From Flavobacteriales bacterium (GTDB lineage: Bacteria; Bacteroidota; Bacteroidia; Flavobacteriales_F; PHOS-HE28), in contig JAHBUK010000005.1 of the NCBI GenBank assembly GCA_019638115.1, positions 91,111-155,110 on the forward strand: a stretch of DNA of 64,000 nucleotides, written 5' to 3'. The position numbers were made by a program, and so were the translations under genes. Shown here piece after piece: positions 39,836-48,555 of the stretch. Numbering within the stretch: position 1 is the first letter of the stretch; every line of letters begins with the position of its first letter. The notes under the pieces are model-generated. The model was not told where the DNA came from and made no database searches. It was given only the letters and a program-made list of their open reading frames with translations.

Positions 39836-40300
39836 TCAGCGCGTTTGCCGGGCAGCACCGCCCACCAGCCAGGCGGCCCACACCAGGAAGAGCATCACCG
39901 GATATTGCAGGGCATGGAGCAGTTTCACCGAGATGATGCCCAACTGGGGCACGAAAGAACCTGCCAGATGCAGCAGCACGGCCAACGCTCCGGCCATTGC
40001 ATAACCGATCACCAAGGGCTTCCGGTAGGCGTGCGAGCCGAACAGCAGCCGGGCAAGCAGGATGCAAAGGCCGAGCATGGCGGCACTGAGCACCACTGCA
40101 AGCCCCCATTTCAGGCGCATCAGCTCGGCCAGGTCCCAGCCCTTCACCCAGCCGCGGAAGAGCGAGTGCGCATAGGAGTAGGGTGTGCCGTAGCGCACAT
40201 GCTGGATCTGGAAGTTGAGGTTGATGAACAGGAACTCGCGCATCGCTCCCACGGCCAGGCCGGCCAACAGCAACAGCGCCACGAGCAGGTTCCGCATCAT
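39836..40300 (-). CDS. Exosortase X-associated membrane protein
   Basis: Four TM helices with REFLFINLN motif; immediately downstream of the exosortase gene. Confidence 0.65.
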   Translation of the reverse strand: MMRNLLVALLLLAGLAVGAMREFLFINLNFQIQHVRYGTPYSYAHSLFRGWVKGWDLAELMRLKWGLAVVLSAAMLGLCILLARLLFGSHAYRKPLVIGYAMAGALAVLLHLAGSFVPQLGIISVKLLHALQYPVMLFLVWAAWLVGGAARQTR

Positions 40301-40302
40301 CT

Positions 40303-40863
40303 TCAGGCCGAAGCGGTGGGAGCGGTGGCCTTTGGGCCGCGTTTCACCCACAGGTACCAGAGCAGGAACACCCAACCGTACACGATCACTTGGAAGGTGT
40401 AGTCGTGGTTGAAGCTGAGCAGCTCGTAGTCGTGTTTGGCCACCAGCACCAGGGCCACGATGCGCAGCACGTTGATGAGGTGTATGCTCAGCAGGCCCAG
40501 GGGGGCGAACCACCACAGGTGCTTGGTGGCGCCGCGATAGGCCACCAGAAAGATGAGGAACACGGCGAACACGTTGGAGCCGTTGCAGGGATCACCGATC
40601 CAGAGGGGGTAGCCTCCCTGCACACCCACCGTTCGGTAGCCCATGTCCCGGCCGGTCTCCGCCAGCAGTTCATGGCCGAGCAGTTCCAGCAGGCCACCGG
40701 AGAGCGTTACCAGCGATCCGATCAGCCAACGATCGAAGCGACCATCGGGATGGAGGACGAACTCATAGAGGAAGTACCAGGCTAGGAAGAGACCACCGGC
40801 AATGAGCACGAAGCGCACCACGGGGTCGCGCACCACCCCGGAACGGGTGGCAGGGAAGGACAT
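40303..40863 (-). CDS. xrtX: Exosortase family protein XrtX (XrtF-like)
   Basis: IGDPCNG (Cys), NVLRI (Arg) and HDYTF (His) catalytic motifs; multi-TM; next to a PID-CTERM gene. Confidence 0.8.
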   Translation of the reverse strand: MSFPATRSGVVRDPVVRFVLIAGGLFLAWYFLYEFVLHPDGRFDRWLIGSLVTLSGGLLELLGHELLAETGRDMGYRTVGVQGGYPLWIGDPCNGSNVFAVFLIFLVAYRGATKHLWWFAPLGLLSIHLINVLRIVALVLVAKHDYELLSFNHDYTFQVIVYGWVFLLWYLWVKRGPKATAPTASA

Positions 40864-41078
40864 TACTTGGAAGAGTTGGAGCGGCGGCGAAGCTCAAGCG
40901 CTTTCTTGCCACCGAGCAGCGCACCGGCCGCGATCAGGAAACCCAGGCCACCATCAACAGGGATGCAGGGTGGAGGCCAGCAAGGAGGAGGCCCGCCGAT
41001 GGGCTGGGCGGCCAGGTCCGCAGTGCAGACCAACAAGATGACGACCAGTAAGAAGGCCGAGCGTAGCGCGTAATTCAT
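40863..41078 (-). CDS. Minimal PID-CTERM protein (exosortase substrate)
   Basis: Signal peptide + QPIGGPPPCWPPPC + IPVDGG, TM helix and basic tail KK..RRR. Confidence 0.8.
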   Translation of the reverse strand: MNYALRSAFLLVVILLVCTADLAAQPIGGPPPCWPPPCIPVDGGLGFLIAAGALLGGKKALELRRRSNSSK

Positions 41079-41103
41079 GCTTCCTTGGTACTCCGAGGGT
41101 GGC

Positions 41104-41111
41104 CAAAAGTA
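41104..41111 (-). promoter_or_regulatory. Bacteroidota -7 promoter (TACTTTTG) of the PID-CTERM/xrtX operon
   Basis: Exact TAnnTTTG match. Confidence 0.6.
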
Positions 41112-41172
41112 GCAATTCCCTTAACACGAGCACAAGCTCTTTTTACACGGGTATCCACAGCCCACACCCGCC

Positions 41173-41180
41173 TATATTTG
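41173..41180 (+). promoter_or_regulatory. Bacteroidota -7 promoter (TATATTTG) of the polysaccharide locus
   Basis: Exact TAnnTTTG match, divergent from the xrtX promoter. Confidence 0.6.
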
Positions 41181-41258
41181 CCGCTCTTCAGCGGGAGGCA
41201 TGCACCTGTCAGGTGCGTGGCCCCCGCCCCGGCCGCCCGCCGGTGAAGGCAAGCACGG

Positions 41259-43679
41259 ATGGCGACCAGCAAACCCACCCACGTACGCGGTAGTATCATC
41301 GACGCCAAGGACCTGCGCGTGGTGCTCCGCGTGGTGTCCAAGAACTGGTACATCGTGGTGGTGGCGCTCATCCTTTCGGCGGTGCTCTCCTTTCTGTACA
41401 GCTATCGCCTCAGCGACGTGTACGGGGCCAGCACCCAGATCCTGCTGAAGGACCGTGAGGTGTACAACTACCAAAGCCAGGTCTACCAGAGCATCGGTTA
41501 TGTCGGGGTCTATGGCGATCTGGTGAACCAGAAGCGGGTGATGACCTCCTACGACCTCATCAACACCGCGCTCAACAAGCTCGATTTCGACATCTCCTAC
41601 TACGTGGCAGGGCGTTTCAAGACCAAGCCGGTCTACGGCAACCTGCCCTTTACCGTGAAGCTCGACCTGCTTGACGCCAAGCTCTACGACAAGCCCTTCG
41701 ACCTGCGCATCATCGACCTGAACACCTACGAACTGGCCTATGAACGGGCCGGGGAATTGGTGCGACGGCAACTGCCCTTCGGCGAGTATGTGGAGGAAAA
41801 GGACTTCAATATCGAGGTGCAACGTGCCGGATACCTCAACCCGGAGAACATCGACAACCACACGCAGACGGACTACAAGTTCATCCGCCATGCACGCAAT
41901 TCCCTCATAGCTCGCATCAAAGGCAGCATGCAGGTGACCAACTACGATTACACCACCATCCTGCAGGTGACCGTGGAGGACGAAGTGGCCATTCGTGCCA
42001 AGATGTTCCTGGACACGCTTTCCAGGGTCTACATCAATTACACCTTGAAGAGCGAGTTCGACATCAATGAGAACACGCTGAACTACATCGACAAGCAGTT
42101 GGACGAGGTGACCGCCATACTGGAGGTGCATGAGGATGAACTGGAGCGCTTCCGCCGCAACAAGGACGTGCTCAACCTGAACAAGGAAGAGAACCTCTAC
42201 TTCAACGAGATGGTCGATTACGACCACCGCCGCCGAACCCTGCTGCTGGAACGCCAATCGCTCGACGCTCTGGAAGATTACGTGCGCAACAGTACGGACG
42301 AGCATCTGCTTCCTCCTTCCGTGTTCGTGTCCGAAGACCTCTACCTGAAGCAGACCGTGAGCGAACTGTACAGCATGCAGATGCAGCGCATCGCCTTGCT
42401 GCAAACGGCCACCGAGCAGAACGAGTCGGTCCGGAAGTTCGATGAGCAGTTCAACCTGAACAGGTCCAACCTGCTCACGTACGTGAAGAATGCCCGCATT
42501 GCGCTCGATTCCAAGATCAACGATGTGCAGAAGCAGATGCGCGATTTCGAGTCCATGCTGCGCCGCATGCCCGAGAACCAGCGCGAGTTGCTGAACATCG
42601 AGCGGCGCATGCAGGTGAACGAGAAGATGTACCTCTTCCTGCTGGAGAAGCGCGCCACCACCACCATCGCCCGCGCCGGTATCGTGCCCCAGACCAAGGT
42701 CATCGAAAGTGCACGGATCATGGGCGTGGTACGGCCGGACAAGATGCAGGTACTGTACACCTTCCTGCTGGGCGGCCTGGTGGTCGCCATGATCGTGGTC
42801 TTCACACGCATCATGTTCTACGATCGCATCGAGAACGCCGAGCAGCTGAAGGAATTGACCACCCTGCCCATCTACGGGGAGATCATTGCCAGTGAAAAGG
42901 CCGAGGACAACTACGTGGTGGTGGACAGCGACCCCAAGGCGGCCATCACCGAGAGTTTCCGAAGCGTGAGGACCAACCTGGAGTACGTGCCCGGCCCGGA
43001 GGACAAGGGCAAGGTGGTGATGCTCACCAGCTACCGCCCCAACGAGGGCAAGACCTTCTGCTCGGTGAACCTCAGCACCATCCTTTCCAAGGCCGGCAAG
43101 CGCGTGCTGCTGCTGGAAATGGACCTGCACAAACCCAAGGTGGCCGAAGGCCTGGGCATGAGCAGCCCCAATGGATTGAGCAACGTGCTGGTGGGTCGCA
43201 TCGATTGGCGCCAGGCCGTGATGCCCACCCAGTTCGAGAACATGGACGTGATGCTCTCAGGTCCCACACCGCCCAACGCCTCGGAACTGGTGCTCAGCAA
43301 ACATTTGGAACGCCTCTTCGACGAAGCCAAGCTGGAGTACGACTACATCATCGTGGATACCCCGCCCGTGGGCCTCATCACCGATGCGCTCCTGATGATG
43401 CGCCTGATGGACGCGACCCTCTTCGTGATCAACACCCGCTTCGCCAACAAAGACCACGTGAACAACGCCATCGAGGTGCTCACCAGTGGTGCCGGCAAGA
43501 ACTGCGGCTTCATCCTGAACGGTGTTCGGATGAAGAAGAGCAAGTACTACTACAACACCAACTACGGCTACGGCTACCGCTATGCCTATGGCTACGGTTC
43601 CGGTTATGGCTACGGCTATGGTTACGGGCGCAAGCGTTCGGCCAAAGGGGCAGGTGGCGACAAGAAGCAGAGCAGCTGA
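41259..43679 (+). CDS. wzc: Polysaccharide co-polymerase / BY-kinase (Wzc/GumC)
   Basis: Two TM segments, coiled coil, ESFRSVRTNL, Walker A SYRPNEGKT, DTPP, C-terminal Tyr-Gly cluster. Confidence 0.92.
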   Translation: MATSKPTHVRGSIIDAKDLRVVLRVVSKNWYIVVVALILSAVLSFLYSYRLSDVYGASTQILLKDREVYNYQSQVYQSIGYVGVYGDLVNQKRVMTSYDLINTALNKLDFDISYYVAGRFKTKPVYGNLPFTVKLDLLDAKLYDKPFDLRIIDLNTYELAYERAGELVRRQLPFGEYVEEKDFNIEVQRAGYLNPENIDNHTQTDYKFIRHARNSLIARIKGSMQVTNYDYTTILQVTVEDEVAIRAKMFLDTLSRVYINYTLKSEFDINENTLNYIDKQLDEVTAILEVHEDELERFRRNKDVLNLNKEENLYFNEMVDYDHRRRTLLLERQSLDALEDYVRNSTDEHLLPPSVFVSEDLYLKQTVSELYSMQMQRIALLQTATEQNESVRKFDEQFNLNRSNLLTYVKNARIALDSKINDVQKQMRDFESMLRRMPENQRELLNIERRMQVNEKMYLFLLEKRATTTIARAGIVPQTKVIESARIMGVVRPDKMQVLYTFLLGGLVVAMIVVFTRIMFYDRIENAEQLKELTTLPIYGEIIASEKAEDNYVVVDSDPKAAITESFRSVRTNLEYVPGPEDKGKVVMLTSYRPNEGKTFCSVNLSTILSKAGKRVLLLEMDLHKPKVAEGLGMSSPNGLSNVLVGRIDWRQAVMPTQFENMDVMLSGPTPPNASELVLSKHLERLFDEAKLEYDYIIVDTPPVGLITDALLMMRLMDATLFVINTRFANKDHVNNAIEVLTSGAGKNCGFILNGVRMKKSKYYYNTNYGYGYRYAYGYGSGYGYGYGYGRKRSAKGAGGDKKQSS

Positions 43680-43694
43680 TCGGCAGTGCGGGAC

Positions 43695-44567
43695 ATGAAG
43701 ACGGCAATGGGAAGCGGCAAGGTGGAACACTGGGATGTGGTGGTCGATCCACAGCGCCCTTGGTGGCGGGTTGAGCTCGGTGAGGTGTGGCGCTACCGCG
43801 ACCTGCTCCTCTTGTTGGTGCGGCGCGACCTGTTGGCCGTGTACAAGCAGTCCATCCTGGGCCCCTTGTGGCAGGTGCTGCAGCCCTTGCTCACCTCCAT
43901 CATGTTCGCCGTCATCTTCGGTTTCATGGCGCGCATGGGCGAACCCGGCATACCCGGTCTGCTCTTCTACATGGCCGCCGTGGTGCCTTGGAGCTTCTTC
44001 GCCAACATCATCAACCGCACCGGGCAAACGCTGGTCTTCAACTCCACCTTGATGACCAAGGTGTACTACCCGCGCATCATCTCGCCCATCTCCACGGTGC
44101 TCGCCACCTCGGTCAGCTTCTTCGTGCAACTCGCCGCTTACTTCCTCTTCGCCCTCTACTACCAGCTCACCGGTGCCTTCGCCATGCGCTACGGCGCGGA
44201 CTTATTGCTGCTGCCGGTACTCGTCCTCATGCTTACCGCCTTGGCCACCGGCTTCGGGCTCATCATCACCTCGCTCACCACCAAGTTCCGCGATTTCACC
44301 TTCCTGGTCACCTTCGGCGTGCAGCTGCTCATGTTCATGAGCCCCGTGATCTTTCCGCTCTCCCGCGTGCCCGAGGGAGGCAAGCTCCGCATGGTGATCG
44401 AGTACAACCCCATGACACCCGTCATCGAAGGCTTCCGCGCCATCCTGCTGGGCATGCCCATGGATTGGAGCTCGCTGATCTTCGGCGGTGCCTGTGCCAT
44501 CGGTGCCCTGTTGGCCGGTGTGCTGCTGTTCCAACGCACAGAGCGTTCATTCGCCGATATCGTCTGA
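43695..44567 (+). CDS. wzm: ABC polysaccharide exporter permease
   Basis: WRYRDLLLLLVRRD...YKQSILG.LW, KVYYPR and NPMTPVIEGFR motifs. Confidence 0.9.
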   Translation: MKTAMGSGKVEHWDVVVDPQRPWWRVELGEVWRYRDLLLLLVRRDLLAVYKQSILGPLWQVLQPLLTSIMFAVIFGFMARMGEPGIPGLLFYMAAVVPWSFFANIINRTGQTLVFNSTLMTKVYYPRIISPISTVLATSVSFFVQLAAYFLFALYYQLTGAFAMRYGADLLLLPVLVLMLTALATGFGLIITSLTTKFRDFTFLVTFGVQLLMFMSPVIFPLSRVPEGGKLRMVIEYNPMTPVIEGFRAILLGMPMDWSSLIFGGACAIGALLAGVLLFQRTERSFADIV

Positions 44568-44569
44568 AG

Positions 44570-45829
44570 ATGAGCCAACGCGATACCGTGATCCGGGTGG
44601 AGGAGGTGAGCAAGCGCTATCGCTTGGGCGTCATCGGTCGTTCGCTCATCACCGAGGAAGTTTCCGCCGCCTTCGCACGCTTGCGTGGCAAGCCCGATCC
44701 CCGCTTCCCCGTGGGCCACGATCCAGCCTCCCAGCGTGTGGGCCAATACTTCTGGGCCTTGCAGGGCGTGAACTTCGAGGTGGCCCAGGGCGACATCCTC
44801 GGGCTGGTGGGTCGCAACGGTGCGGGCAAGAGCACCATCCTCAAACTGCTCTCGCGCATCTCCCTGCCCACCAAGGGGCGCATCAAGCTCAAGGGCCGCC
44901 TCAGCAGCCTGCTGGAGGTGGGCACCGGTTTCCACCCGGAGCTCACCGGCATGGAGAACATCTTCCTGAACGGTGCCATCCTCGGCATGCGCAAGGCCGA
45001 GATCGCCGCGCGCCTCGATGAGATCATCGCCTTCAGCGGCATCGAGCACCACATCAATACGCCCATCAAGCGCTACAGCAGCGGCATGAAGGTGCGCCTC
45101 GGGTTCGCGGTGGCCGCCCACCTGGATCCCGACATCCTCATCGTGGACGAAGTGCTGGCCGTGGGCGATGCCGAATTCCAGCGCAAGTGCCTGGGCAGCA
45201 TGCGCAAGGTGGCCGACAGTGGCCGCACCATCCTGCTCGTAAGCCACAACGTGAACGCCGTACACAACCTCTGCAACCGCGCCGTGTGGTTGGACAAAGG
45301 CACCATGCGCATGGAGGGTGGCACGCACGAGGTGATCCGCGCTTATCTGGAGAAATACTCCGTGCAGACCAGCGAGCAACAGTGGGAGCCCGAACACGCG
45401 CCCGGTTGCGACGAAGTGCGTCTGCTCTCCGTAAAGGCCATCACGGAATGCACCGATGGCAACTTTGTTACCGACGAGGCCATCCGCCTGGAGATGGAGG
45501 TGCTCAACCAGAGCATCACGGATGATGACCTTGGAATCAACTTCCGGGTAAGCACCCACAACGATGCCGTGGTCTTCGTCTCCAGCATGGAGCGCAGCAT
45601 CGGCCGCCGTGTTTGGGAGCCGGGCATCAACAAGATCTCCGTCACCATTCCCGCCAACCTGCTCAACGAAGGCGGATACCGCTTCACCCTCAGCTTCCGC
45701 CGGGCTGACAAGGTGCTCTTCCAAGCGCCCGATGTGGTGACCCTGGAAGTGCAGCGCTCCGTGGCCGATGGAGAGGCCTACCGCCGCTGGCCCGGCGTGG
45801 TACACCCGCTGTTGCAGTGGGTTCGTTGA
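44570..45829 (+). CDS. wzt: ABC polysaccharide exporter ATPase with Wzt C-terminal domain
   Basis: GRNGAGKS, YSSGM and ILIVDE motifs; C-terminal Ig-like domain; true start at ATG 44570 within ORF 43787..45829. Confidence 0.92.
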   Translation: MSQRDTVIRVEEVSKRYRLGVIGRSLITEEVSAAFARLRGKPDPRFPVGHDPASQRVGQYFWALQGVNFEVAQGDILGLVGRNGAGKSTILKLLSRISLPTKGRIKLKGRLSSLLEVGTGFHPELTGMENIFLNGAILGMRKAEIAARLDEIIAFSGIEHHINTPIKRYSSGMKVRLGFAVAAHLDPDILIVDEVLAVGDAEFQRKCLGSMRKVADSGRTILLVSHNVNAVHNLCNRAVWLDKGTMRMEGGTHEVIRAYLEKYSVQTSEQQWEPEHAPGCDEVRLLSVKAITECTDGNFVTDEAIRLEMEVLNQSITDDDLGINFRVSTHNDAVVFVSSMERSIGRRVWEPGINKISVTIPANLLNEGGYRFTLSFRRADKVLFQAPDVVTLEVQRSVADGEAYRRWPGVVHPLLQWVR

Positions 45830-45842
45830 TCCATCCCGCTCC

Positions 45843-46679
45843 ATGCGCGCCCTACTGAAGGACCTCTGCCCGCCGATCCTGCTCCGGATGCTGCGCAAGT
45901 TGCGCCCGGTACCACCGCCCTCACCTCCAGTCCAAGCGGGCAGCCAAGCCCAATGGTGTACCGTATCCGCCGGTCCCGTGCAAGGCTGCAAGCTGCTGCT
46001 CAACACCAAGGCAGCGGCTTTCGCACAGATGGCGGCCGGCAGCTACGACGACTTCCTGTGGCAAGCGCTTCAAGGCACTGCGATATCCGGTGGAACGATC
46101 ATTGACGCCGGTGCGCACATCGGCTACCACAGCCTCGGCCTGGCCCAGCTGTACCCCGACTGCCAGGTGGTGGCCTTCGAGCCCAACCCGGCCAACCAGC
46201 AGCGCATCCGCGAACACCTGCAGGCCAACGCCGATCTGGCTGCGCGCATCACCCTGCACGGCCTTGCCCTGGCCGAGCGGGAAGGGGAGGAGGAGTTGAG
46301 CATGAACACGCGGGTGGACGATGAGACCAGCTCCGGCAGCCACCTGGTACGCGCCTTCCAGGCATTGCCCGAGCAGGTGTACCGCAAAGCCGGCTACGCC
46401 ACCCAGCGCGTTCAGGTGCGCAGCCTGGACCAATTGGCCGCCGAGCAACAGTGGAGCGAGGTGCGCCTGATGAAGATCGACGTGGAAGGTGCCGAGCACC
46501 TGCTGCTGCGCGGTGCCCAAGCCCTGTTGCAGCGCGACAAGCCCCTGCTGCTGTTGGAAGTACACGGTGCCGCCTGCATGCTGGAGGTGCTCGCCGTGTT
46601 GCACCCACTGGGCTACACCACCCGCCTGCTGCACGAGGACGGGCCGGCACGCTGCTTCATCATCGCCAGCGCTCGCTGA
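45843..46679 (+). CDS. FkbM family SAM-dependent methyltransferase
   Basis: IDAGAHIGY, AFEPNP and MKIDVEGAE motifs. Confidence 0.88.
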   Translation: MRALLKDLCPPILLRMLRKLRPVPPPSPPVQAGSQAQWCTVSAGPVQGCKLLLNTKAAAFAQMAAGSYDDFLWQALQGTAISGGTIIDAGAHIGYHSLGLAQLYPDCQVVAFEPNPANQQRIREHLQANADLAARITLHGLALAEREGEEELSMNTRVDDETSSGSHLVRAFQALPEQVYRKAGYATQRVQVRSLDQLAAEQQWSEVRLMKIDVEGAEHLLLRGAQALLQRDKPLLLLEVHGAACMLEVLAVLHPLGYTTRLLHEDGPARCFIIASAR

Positions 46680-46694
46680 GCCCTTCATTTCCGC

Positions 46695-46702
46695 TACTTT
46701 TG
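46695..46702 (+). promoter_or_regulatory. Internal Bacteroidota -7 promoter (TACTTTTG) upstream of the vioA-like gene
   Basis: Exact TAnnTTTG match 9 nt before ATG 46712. Confidence 0.5.
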
Positions 46703-46711
46703 GCCAGCTCC

Positions 46712-47854
46712 ATGGCCCACGACGAGCGTCCCGCCGACGCATCCATTTTCGTTACCCGAAGTTTCCTGCCGCCACAGGCCGAATACCAGGCCTGGCTGGA
46801 CAAGGTGTACGCCAGCCACGTGCTCACCAACCTGGGGCCCGTACACCGCGAGTTGGAGAACAACCTGCGCGAACGTTTCGCCGTGCCGCACTTCCGCCTG
46901 ATGGCCAACGGCACCCTGGCCCTGCAGCTCGCCATCCGCGCGCTGGGCGTAACAGGCAAGGTGATCACCACACCCTTCAGCTACGTGGCCACCACCAGCG
47001 CCATCCTCTGGGAGGGCTGCGAACCGGTCTTTGTGGACATCGACCCGCGAACCGGTTGTATCGATGCCGCGCTCATCGAAGCCGCCATCACGCCCGATAC
47101 CACGGCCATTCTCGCCACCCACGTCTACGGCATCCCCTGCGATGTGGAGGCCATCGACACCATTGCGAAGAAGCACGGCCTGAAGGTGATCTACGATGCG
47201 GCCCACGCCTTCGACGTGAACTACAAAGGCCGCAGCATTCTGCAGTGGGGCGATGCCAGCACGCTCAGCTTCCACGCCACCAAGCTCTTCCACACCGTGG
47301 AGGGCGGCGCCGTGGTGCTGCACGATGGAGAGGCCGACAAGCGGTTGAGGCTATTGCGAAGCTTCGGGCACGTGTATGATGAGCACTTCACCTTGGGCAT
47401 GAACGCCAAGATGAGCGAATTGCACGCGGCCATGGGCATGGCGGTGCTGCCGCACATGGAGCACATCATCGCAGAGCGCGCAGCCTTGTCACAGCGCTAC
47501 GATCGGCTGCTCGAAGGGCTTGGCACGGAGCGCCCGCATGTAGCGGCGGATACTACATACAACTACGCCTATTACCCGATCTTCCTGCGTGACAGTGCCG
47601 AGCGCGAAGGCATGCTCCAGGCTTTGGCAGACCAGGGCATACATGCGCGACGCTATTTCTTCCCGTCGTTGGACACGCTTCCTTATGTAAGCGCAACTGC
47701 TTGTCCGCGCAGCCGCGATCTGGCGGACCGTGCCCTGTGCCTACCGCTCTACAACGGGCTTACACCGGCCGATCATGAACGCATTTGTGCAGGTGTGAGC
47801 GCTTTCTTGGAGCAGCACCGCAAGCGGGTTCCGAACAACGTGGTGCAGCCATGA
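46712..47854 (+). CDS. vioA: DegT/DnrJ family sugar aminotransferase, VioA-like (dTDP-4-amino-4,6-dideoxyglucose synthase)
   Basis: LTNLGP, NGTLAL, VITTPFSYVAT, HVYGIPCD, IYDAAHAF and SFHATK (PLP Lys) motifs; the N-terminus IFVTRSFLPP resembles the VioA subfamily. Confidence 0.8.
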   Translation: MAHDERPADASIFVTRSFLPPQAEYQAWLDKVYASHVLTNLGPVHRELENNLRERFAVPHFRLMANGTLALQLAIRALGVTGKVITTPFSYVATTSAILWEGCEPVFVDIDPRTGCIDAALIEAAITPDTTAILATHVYGIPCDVEAIDTIAKKHGLKVIYDAAHAFDVNYKGRSILQWGDASTLSFHATKLFHTVEGGAVVLHDGEADKRLRLLRSFGHVYDEHFTLGMNAKMSELHAAMGMAVLPHMEHIIAERAALSQRYDRLLEGLGTERPHVAADTTYNYAYYPIFLRDSAEREGMLQALADQGIHARRYFFPSLDTLPYVSATACPRSRDLADRALCLPLYNGLTPADHERICAGVSAFLEQHRKRVPNNVVQP

Positions 47855-48555
47855 CGCTCGCCGTCATGCAACCCTATTTGTTCCCCTACCTGGGGTACTT
47901 CCAGCTGATCCATGCGGTGGACCGTTTCGTGGTCTACGATGACGTGAATTACATGAAGCAGGGTTGGGTGAACCGAAACAGGGTCTTGGTGAACGGGGAG
48001 CCGCACATGTTTACCCTGCCTTTGCGCGGTGCAAGCTCATTCGCGATGATCCACGAACTAGAGATCGATCCACGCCAATTCGGTCCATGGCGTGACAAGT
48101 TCCTGCGCACACTGGGCCAGGCCTATGCCAAGGCTCCCCATGTGCAACGCGTGCAAGAGCTTGTTCGATCCCTGTTCGAAGGGTCTCACTACCGCTTGGA
48201 GGACGCGCTGCTCGCCAGCCTGCGTGGGGTCATGCACCACCTGCACATCCATACGGAAGTGGTGCCTTCCTCCCGGAAGTACGGCAATGCCCACTTGCGC
48301 GGCCAGGATCGCGTGCTCGATATCTGCAAGCAGGAAGGAGCCAAGCGCTACGTGAACGCTATCGGTGGCAAGGATCTCTATGAAAAAGCCGTGTTCGGAG
48401 GTGCTGGTATCGAGTTGCGCTTCCTGCGTTCGGCCTTGCCGCCATACCCCCAATTCGCAGGTCCTTTCGTACCAGGCCTGTCCATCATCGATGTGCTCAT
48501 GTTCAATGGGCCGGAGGAGGTGCGGGGCATGTTGGACCAGTACACCTTTGAGTAA
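47851..48555 (+). CDS. WbqC family protein (putative amino-acyl transferase to amino sugar)
   Basis: MQPYLFPYLGYF, DDVNY...GWVNRNR, AYAKAP, YVNAIGG and LSIIDVLM motifs. Confidence 0.9.
   Translation: MTLAVMQPYLFPYLGYFQLIHAVDRFVVYDDVNYMKQGWVNRNRVLVNGEPHMFTLPLRGASSFAMIHELEIDPRQFGPWRDKFLRTLGQAYAKAPHVQRVQELVRSLFEGSHYRLEDALLASLRGVMHHLHIHTEVVPSSRKYGNAHLRGQDRVLDICKQEGAKRYVNAIGGKDLYEKAVFGGAGIELRFLRSALPPYPQFAGPFVPGLSIIDVLMFNGPEEVRGMLDQYTFE

Noticed and set aside
39738-40109. N-terminal extension of GlyA in the ORF track
   Set aside because: It overlaps the exosortase-associated gene. The real start at 39737 gives a normal length and has a TACCTTTG promoter upstream.
43787-44569. Apparent 680-aa Wzt with a long N-terminal extension
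   Set aside because: The extension is an alternative frame over wzm; the ATPase begins at ATG 44570, right after the wzm stop.
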